A DNA stretch of 64,000 bases from Calcarisporiella thermophila CBS 279.70. Lineage: Eukaryota; Fungi; Calcarisporiellomycota. How positions within the stretch are numbered: the first letter of the stretch is position 1; each line of letters starts with the position of its first letter. The stretch lies in contig NW_027192202.1 of the NCBI RefSeq assembly GCF_041956535.1, positions 781,142 to 845,141 of the forward strand. The letters run 5' to 3'. A program made the translations under genes and the position numbers. The notes below the pieces were generated by a model that saw only the letters and a list, made by a program, of their open reading frames with translations, was not told the origin of the DNA and did not search any database. This document shows positions 56,194-64,000 of the stretch, piece after piece.

Positions 56194-56942
56194 ATGAAGC
56201 TTCGTTATATAACGCAACCAAGACCACGCCGTCCTACTCGAAAAGATCAAATCGGCCTAGTATGCGCACTGATTGCGCTTACACTGCTTTTAATCGGGGT
56301 CCTTTCAAGTATCCGTCCTGGAATTACAGGTGTATACTACCTGAAAGTGGAAGGGCTAAATACCCTTGCAACATTTGGCCCACTGGGATACTGCCTGCGG
56401 GTGAATGAGACAATTCGTTGTGAACAGAGCATTTATATGGGTTTTTATCCTCTAGGTAGGCCTCTGGACATCCTAATTTTTTGTATTTGAGATGTTGCAA
56501 CTCATTATTTTTTTTTACAGATGTGCCAGGGATTCTAAACGGGACTGTACCGGAGCTTTTCCGCAATCCTCGCAATGTTACTACCAGTGAAAATACTAGC
56601 TCATCTTATGATTCTGGCGTCTTTGCGGCTCACATCATAGCTCTTATCGGAGTTATCGCCACCCTTACTCTTCTTTTTTTGCGTATTTTGGGTTTTTCAG
56701 ATCGCTTTCATTTGCGCGGATTCACAGCCATATTGGGGCTTTGCGGTTGCGTACTAGCGCTGGCTCTAGGTGCGCTGGAGTATATTAACGAGAGAGACAA
56801 TTTAAATGCAATTTATCCAAATATAACTGCTACGACTGGGCCAGCATTTATCACAACTGGGATGGCTATGCTGTCCATATTGATTGCTGCAATAGCGCTT
56901 TTAAGAGGGTGCAACGATGTACCTATTGGAGCCGAGTTTTAA
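56194..56942 (+). CDS. SUR7/PalI-family 4-TM membrane protein, 2 exons
   Basis: TM1, FGPLGYC...C loop, three further TM segments. Confidence 0.7.
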
Positions 56943-57229
56943 CTTTTGCTTGCTTCCTAGCGCCTAAAACCCTGATTTTTCTCTTTATTCGTTCACATCA
57001 ATTGATCTCCATCGCTTTTTTACGAATGGTTTATATAGAACTTGAAGATTGTATATAACATAACATATAACTTATATTATTTAATAATAATCCAAGATCT
57101 TCATATATTTACAATAATTTTATTATGAAAATACTACACCTACTTTAGCTCCATATCTCTTTTGATATTGTTCATCTGGTACATATTCCATATCCACGGC
57201 CAGCGATCTAGCACGGTGAAGGATGCATT

Positions 57230-57670
57230 ATGAAATAGGGTTGTATGGCATCCGACGGCATTGAACTGGTATATTGCATTATAAAAATGTCAACTTCACG
57301 AATCCTCGACGGCAAGTTAACGATTGCGCTCCAGTGGTATTATCTCAGCAAGCAAGAGATATTATTCCAACACTATAATGATCCCAAGCAAAGTCAAATG
57401 CATTGATCGGTGGTTCGAAAATAACCGATTCAAGTCTTCGATTGGCCTTCACCATCACTAAGACCTTAACTCCACAGAGTATTTATGGGATGAACTAGAG
57501 AGACGTCTGAGGAGCAAATTCTCATAGATAACGAGCCAGTGTGATCTGTGGGAAAAGTTGAATATTATCCGGGAGTCACTCGCGAAGGAGGATTATATGA
57601 AGTTGATCAACACGATACTAGAACGATTCCAAGGTGTTACTAAACAAGAAGAAGATATACTATGTAGTCG
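57230..57670 (+). mobile_element. Degenerate Tc1/mariner transposase fragment
   Basis: Frameshifted FQHYNDPK..., WFENN..QVFDWPSPS.DLNSTEYLWDELERRL, resembling the Tc1 WPSQSPDLNPIENLW motif. Confidence 0.75.
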
Positions 57671-58058
57671 GAGAGCACTTTATTTATATAAACATTTGAG
57701 TATTTACTATAATACTCCTGTCAAGAAAGAGAATGAAGCGTTGACACCATGTAATATCTCAATATCTGAATTTAAGAGATTATCCGAAATGGATTCACAT
57801 TTCACTTGAGAGTCAGTAGCGGATGTTCTGTTGTATATGGATTAGTAAGGGCGTAGATGAGCTGTTCCAATATAGAACTGTTTTTTTATGCGGGCGTTAT
57901 TGGTAGAGAAAATACTTAGGTAAAAGTGAAAATATCAAGGCGTCCCCAAAACGTTCCAGAGACACTTTATTTGTTCCTAAACCATCAGATAGATCATAAA
58001 TTCTTCATTTTCACCCATAGAGCCTAAGGAGCTTCCGTATTGCATCATCAATTCTCCG

Positions 58059-58502
58059 CTAGCACGAATCGTTCTCACACCGCCCCCGCCCACACTCAAC
58101 GGCAGTGGCTCGTGGGCAATTGGTCAGGTCGTGGTATCGCCCTCCATTGATAGTGCCGACAATTCGTCCGCCGTTGATGAGCCAGCACCAATTACACGAG
58201 TCCCCGGGGCGCGCAGCTAGCGTTATACCCTTGAGACATGTGTTTCCACCTCTCACTGGAATAGGGGTTGAGGCTCCATCGCTCTTCGGCTCGCAAATTT
58301 TGGATCGCTGGCCATTGCAGTGATGGAACCACACCGTGACGGGCGAATCGCCGCAACTCTGCCTGCGTTCGATGCGGTAGGCAAAATCAACCTCGCGCTC
58401 GTTAGTAGGTGCACCCAAGGCGAACTCCATTGCAGGGTGATTTTGCAACGCTGATACTGCGGCCAGCGCAGGGCTTATTAAGAGAAACAACATATAGATC
58501 AT
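58059..58502 (-). CDS. Small secreted Cys-rich prepropeptide (orphan)
   Basis: Signal peptide, pro-region ending ERR, ~100-aa mature part with 10 Cys; GC-rich intronless ORF in AT-rich DNA. Confidence 0.8.
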   Translation of the reverse strand: MIYMLFLLISPALAAVSALQNHPAMEFALGAPTNEREVDFAYRIERRQSCGDSPVTVWFHHCNGQRSKICEPKSDGASTPIPVRGGNTCLKGITLAARPGDSCNWCWLINGGRIVGTINGGRYHDLTNCPRATAVECGRGRCENDSC

Positions 58503-60155
58503 CTCGCAAACTTGCCAAAGTGCTAAAAATCAAAGCGGATTTACGCGACTATTCCAGCTAATTCGTCCAGTATAAATATGAAAACCATTTAAAGTTATTT
58601 CATTTAACATTTTGTGTAACATTACTACAAATTAGCATAAAACTAAAGTATACTCTATAAAAATACACGAATCCGATTAACCATAGCATATTTAAATTAG
58701 CATGATCATTTCACTAAATATACTTTCTCTCGCTCTTCATTTTCGTATTTTGGTTTCCGAATCTTTAATTATATAATCGTGAATTCTAGCTATACAATGG
58801 ATAATCCCAATATTATATAATCAGCATCTGCAAATAACCGCGCCACTTCGCATGTAGGCGACCCATCAGGATTTCGATGAGTAGCAAAAACTATAATCTA
58901 AATCCACGAAATCGCGATCGAAAGCATCGCATAAGCGCTGTTATGTGTAGTGGCCAGGGCAGTTGGGAACATACCACGTCGTGAATTACTCGCCAGTACG
59001 AAGCCCGACTCAAGTCTGAACCTTGGATTATCACTAGTCGGCAAGCAAAATGAAAGAGAAAACAAAGTAGTAAGCCAGTCCGAATTAGGAAATCGAACCC
59101 ATAATGTCTTTACTTCGTTTGTATTGGTCGACAAAAAGATAACGATAACTATGACGATAACAAAGTCTCAATACGAAAACGCAATGTGGGCACTTAGTAA
59201 CACTTAACATTAAGCAAAAATATAAAAGCAACAAGGAGCATAATATGCGGCTAATGTGGTAAAGCAGCGATTGACTGACTGGGCTGTGACGGGTCACGCC
59301 CAGGATATTGGCCTTCATCAACATCCTATTCAAAGTCTCGTCGAAAGTCTGTCTTTATTTTCGCAATCTTGGACATTGAATTCGGCTATCGCAGCTCCCC
59401 TCTGTGTGTGAGCTCGAGTTTTGGTCAGTCGGGGTGGGTTGAGAGGGGCTACTTCGTACCCACGGCTTTCATCGTGTGTGATCTTCATACCGTTGTCTTC
59501 AAGATCCGTGGGGCGTGTGCAATGAGGTCGAAGCAATCTACGAATCTTCCTTCTTTGAAATATTCCAGACTGCCGCTTAGATGTACTCTGATTATAGTGT
59601 TCTCTTCTATCGAGCTGGAGACCCCCAACTATCAAGCTCTGATGATGTCTCTGAGCTATCCCACCACGAGCCCCCGAGCTGTTGGATCTTGGGAGTTGGG
59701 AAGGTTAGAAGGTGTTGTGTACCGCATGTGTCGCGCATGCTCATGTCCATCGTTCCTGAATACCGAGGCTTCCATTATCCTCGTCAGCATGAAAGAATGC
59801 CGTTGAGGCATGCTTTGGAAGCTTACAGTATTTGTGATTTGTCATTCTGAGGGCTTGTCCAAGCAGTCTGACGTGGTGGGTCCTCAGACCATTTAATTGA
59901 ACGAGATATTCTCATTTGGGAATCAAAAAGGTCCGGATGGCAAGGCGCATTTGGTGGATCCGGAGGGACGAATCGGCAATTTGCTATGGAGATTCTCGTT
60001 AAGTTAAAATACTGAGAATAAACGCATATATAATTAAGGCGCAGTCTTCTGGCTTTCAATATTTTTAACACCTGAATCTTCTGACAGACTTTCCACTGAG
60101 TAGATCATCTAGTCTTTTGTATATCTTGGACAATTTTTTTTTTCTTTAATCGAAG

Positions 60156-60927
60156 ATGAAAATTTATTCAATTTCCGTCCTTAATGCAGAAAACAAGCCT
60201 GCAGTTACACTTACATCAGAGCATGAGCTTTCAGATTTTGGATTTTTCCAAAGAGGAGGGTAACTAGATTCTCATAGGATTTTTTAGATGATTACTTCTA
60301 TTGACTCTTATTTACTCGCCTCAATAGAGTTCAAGAGTTTATGGGATTTTTGGCAAAAACTGTCGCTGAAAGGACTAACCCAGGTCAACGGCAGAGTGTT
60401 GAACAAGACAGTATGGATGATGATACCTGACTTATTGATGCTAGATATTTACTTGGAAATTTATAAAGATTATGTGGGGCATGTTTACGTACGTTCTGAT
60501 GGTGCAGCAGGAGTTATAGTATCCGACAAAGAATACCCAGCACGAGTAGCATTCTCGCTACTAAACAAGATTTTAGATGAATTTACTGTGCGCTATCCGA
60601 AGCATCAATGGGCACAGGGAATGTCCTACCCCGAATTAAAGGAATACATTACCAAATATCAAGATCCAAAGCAAGCCGATACAATCATGCGTGTTCAAAA
60701 AGAGCTTGATGAGACCAAAATTGTTCTTCACAAGACAATCGAATCCGTCTTGCAGCGCGGTGAAAGACTGGACACCCTCGTCGAGCGCTCTGACCAGCTT
60801 TCGAATCAATCTAAAATGTTTTACAAAGCGGCCAAGAAAACAAACTCTTGCTGCGTTGGTAAGTACAACTTACACAAGTTTATTTCTGGCTGGTATGTAA
60901 CTAAAAGGTTGCTTCTTAGTCATGTGA
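60156..60927 (+). CDS. YKT6: R-SNARE Ykt6, 4 exons
   Basis: [30 protein letters not shown]; spliced end CCVVM* prenylation motif. Confidence 0.95.
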
Positions 60928-62105
60928 ACGAACATCGTGTTTGGACGGAATTAATACGCATCAATTTCGCTCAACAAGTGAGATTGTTTCGACACTTTTT
61001 GTCATGTTCAAGCTTATTTTATAATTCTTTCCATTCTCTTTTGATTTTTCTGTTGGCCATCTCTTTCTTGCAATTTTCAAGTTTTTTTTTTCCTTTTTAT
61101 TTTTGTAATAAAGATATAGATTACATCTAATATATGGGTGCTTATTCATCTTTGCGAAAATTGGAGGTATAGCTAGTAACCTAAATATCCAAGCTACAAA
61201 ATATGGAGGATCTGCATAGTATTTGTACAAGTTTAAAATGGATTAGAATAGCAACCTCTTTTATCCAATAGCATCGATATAGAAAATGAGTGTAGAGGAT
61301 TATTTTCGAACAGATTACTAAGATATAAACTCATTGGCGTGACCTACTGTGCTGTGATCCATTCAGCTATCTTTGGAGTAACGGACAATAAACTTGAACG
61401 GTACCTAGGATTTGGATTACTTTGAGTTACAACTCAATGCAATAATAAGAATAAATTTGAAGATATACAATAATTCTCTTCTTAAATATAATATAGTCGC
61501 ATATATATATAGCGCTCAACCATAATTGAATGCAACATCATTATGCTTATGCTCTTCCCTGATAATTGCAATTCTTGTTTTATATATGCTCCTGACCATG
61601 GTATCGCGTTAGAACAGAGGGGCTTGTCTGACTCTGCCTTGTGTTTCCTCAAGGTATCCGAAGAGCTCTTCGTGTGTCTGGATGGTTGTCTATGGATTAG
61701 CTAAGATCCTCTGATGAAGATAATTAAACCACCTCCAAAGATCGCTAGCCTAACGGTGCCTTTTTTAACAAAGAATCTTTATCAAAAAATACCCAACTCT
61801 TTTAATAAGGGAGGGTAGCATCTACGTCAAAATCACCCAGGTAATGATCCTGGTCTACTTTGTAAGAAAGGGAAGAAGCAAGCATAAAAAAATGAAAAGG
61901 GGAATTGAAAGATTAAAAAAATGATAACAAAAAAGGGAGAAGAGTCAAAGAGAGGAAGAAAATAGGAGTAATATGCAATAGCATTAAAATAAATTGTTTA
62001 TGTATATGAAATAGAAGAATAAGGGTAAAAAAAATAAATAAAAAAGTAGAGGAATGAGCTATAATAAATGGCAGAGAAGGGTACGGTTCTCACGACGAAG
62101 TTGCT

Positions 62106-62400
62106 TTATGCTGAGACTGTAGTTTGATGATAAGAAGTATCATGGATTAAGATTAGAATTTCCTCTTGATATTTGTCGATAAAGCCTTCTCTCCGATCGT
62201 GTTTCATTTCCTTCTGGCACTTTGGCCTTTCTACTCGCTGCGATCCGTAGGTACATTGCTTGGTTATGACTACCGGGTTGGGTTGGACATCCTCTAGCAC
62301 TATTTCAAATCTTAATCGGTATATTATCCACGAAACAGTGTCATGTCTCAGAACAATGGCCTCGTTGAAGTGTAGACCTAATTGTTTGTCATATCTAAGC
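62106..62400 (-). mobile_element. Diverged non-LTR retrotransposon 3' fragment (tentative)
   Basis: DTVSWIIYRLRFEIVLE resembles the DSVLWQIHRDRI.FHFE segment of the adjacent copies. Confidence 0.4.
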
Positions 62401-62617
62401 AGTTTGTCTTCTCTCGCGGATTTGTGCGGAAGTATGGCAACTATCTGATAGTTTGTCTCGCTATTTCTTTGCTAGAGTTGTGCGATGGTCGAATGGCCCA
62501 TGAAAGCGCGAGCAATGAGTAATAAATCTCAACCGTGGATATTAGGGAACGACGTGATAAGTGATATGGAGAGAGAGATATGAAGAAAGAGAAGGGGCAG
62601 TAATAGTGGCTACTGCG

Positions 62618-62988
62618 TCAATCCAATTCTAGAGCTGCCCTTTTAGCTCCTACTTTTACCGCGCCCATTTTACACCACCTGCTTCGGAACTGTTCAATTT
62701 GTTTCTTTTTTCGGGCTCTTGTTAGTTCGACTCCTATAGCCTCCTCAATATCCATCTTGGCCCGATTGATGATGGTTTCGGATGAGGCTCGAGTGCTTTC
62801 AAAATGAAAGACGATTCAGTCCCGATGGATTTGCCACAGTACCGAATCGAAGACGATTTGAACCACGTGTCTTGCTGTTCGTGAGGATTCAGATAGGTCT
62901 CCTATCATGAGGCTGCGAGCAGACAGCACCTGAGAATCCTGGGGACCTGTGATGGTGTTGATACACCTCTCCGCCCACTGCCACACTA
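62618..62988 (-). mobile_element. 5'-truncated L1/Tx1-like LINE ORF2 3' end (copy A), with internal stop
   Basis: Clear nucleotide homology to 63195-63540; TGA at 62816-62818. Confidence 0.75.
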
Positions 62989-63194
62989 AGCATAGATGTA
63001 GGATATTTGTGGCTGCTATTTATTGATTATTATAAATAGTTTGTGCTAACTTCTAAATTTGTCATAAATTAGAGCGATATAACCAGGGGATACTCTGGGA
63101 ACATAGGTAAAACTATAGGTTTATTCAAGAACAAGGTATGTATCTTAGAAGTTCTCATTAGTGATCCTTTTATACTATAAGATATAATAACTAT

Positions 63195-64000
63195 TTAACT
63201 TTCTATTACCGCTCCCTGACTGCACCACCTTCTTCGGAATAACTCCATCTCTCGTCTTTTTCGTGCCTCTATCAGTTCACCTCCGATAGCCTCCTCGATG
63301 TCCATTTTGGCACGGAGGATGATTGTCTCGGGTGATCCTCGAGTGCATTCGAAATGGTAGGCGATTCGGTCCCGATGGATTTACCATAACACCGAATCGA
63401 AGACGATTTGAGTCGTGTGTCTTACTGTCCTTGGGGCTTCTGGTAGGTCGCCAAGTACGAGGTTCCTGGGGCTCAGCACCTGAGTGTTTAGGGGGCCTGA
63501 GATGGTGTTGATACACCTTTCCGTCCAATGCCACACTGATGTGAGTTCGGGACATTCGAAGAAGGTGTGGCGGATGGTGTCCCTCGGAGCGTTACAGCGG
63601 GTACATTTCGGGTCATGACCAGGGAATGTCGAGTTTATAATTACACGCTCTACGAGGATTCGCCAGCGTAGTGTGCGGTGTTTTGGGAGGGTTGGCCGTT
63701 TTTGGATGGAGGTCCAGACCTTTTCCCATTCCTTTGCCGTAGATGCAATCTCTGGCCAGGATTGGGGCGTCAGCGTTTCTGGTTCCGGAGAGCCATTTCG
63801 CTGGAAGTGCCTTCCCCGTCGAGTGGAGTATTCCGGGACGGGCGCGCCAGCCGGGTGAAAGAGGTGAAGTGGGAAGCGAGGAGGTGGATGTTGTCGGGGT
63901 ATGGTAGAACATTTCGTGATTTTCTCTGCTAGGTTGGGGGGGAGGATAAGGTATCCGTGTTCCCACTGTAAGAAAAAATCATTATAGCGACGTTCGCACG
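63195..64000 (-). mobile_element. L1/Tx1-like LINE ORF2 C-terminus with zf-RVT (copy B), continues past window
   Basis: WEKVW...LRWRIL...CTRCNAPRDTIRHTFFECP...VW zinc motif; premature TAA at 63381-63383. Confidence 0.85.

Noticed and set aside
59285-59826. Solo LTR (TGTGAC...TTACA)
   Set aside because: No matching target-site duplication and no second copy in the window

Overview
Eukaryotic, gene-dense fungal DNA with short GT-AG introns. Fungus-specific PPZ1, URA2 with a pseudo-DHOase domain, an RBBP6-like long Mpe1 and an animal/plant-type SPT small subunit suggest an early-diverging, Mucoromycota-like fungus; this is an inference. About 33 protein genes were assembled by hand across introns, several absent from the ORF track (PCP1, TRS20, VMA9, BUD32, RPC17, SPT small subunit). 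Most are housekeeping genes, often in head-to-head pairs, with many mitochondrial translation and respiration genes. The right end (57-64 kb) becomes AT-rich and accessory: a Tc1/mariner relic, an orphan secreted 10-Cys prepropeptide, YKT6, then stacked 3' fragments of L1/Tx1-like LINEs. Top findings: (1) a positionally fixed TGTGRCT (Homol-D-like) element about 50-120 nt upstream of most housekeeping ATGs; (2) an unannotated TATA-driven 37-aa Met-Cys microprotein with a CxxC-x3-H-x5-C knuckle; (3) the Kex2-type secreted Cys-rich protein; (4) a uORF/stop-start arrangement ahead of a FlbC-like zinc-finger factor. No rRNA, tRNA or CRISPR was found. Multi-exon coordinates run start codon to stop codon and were read by eye.
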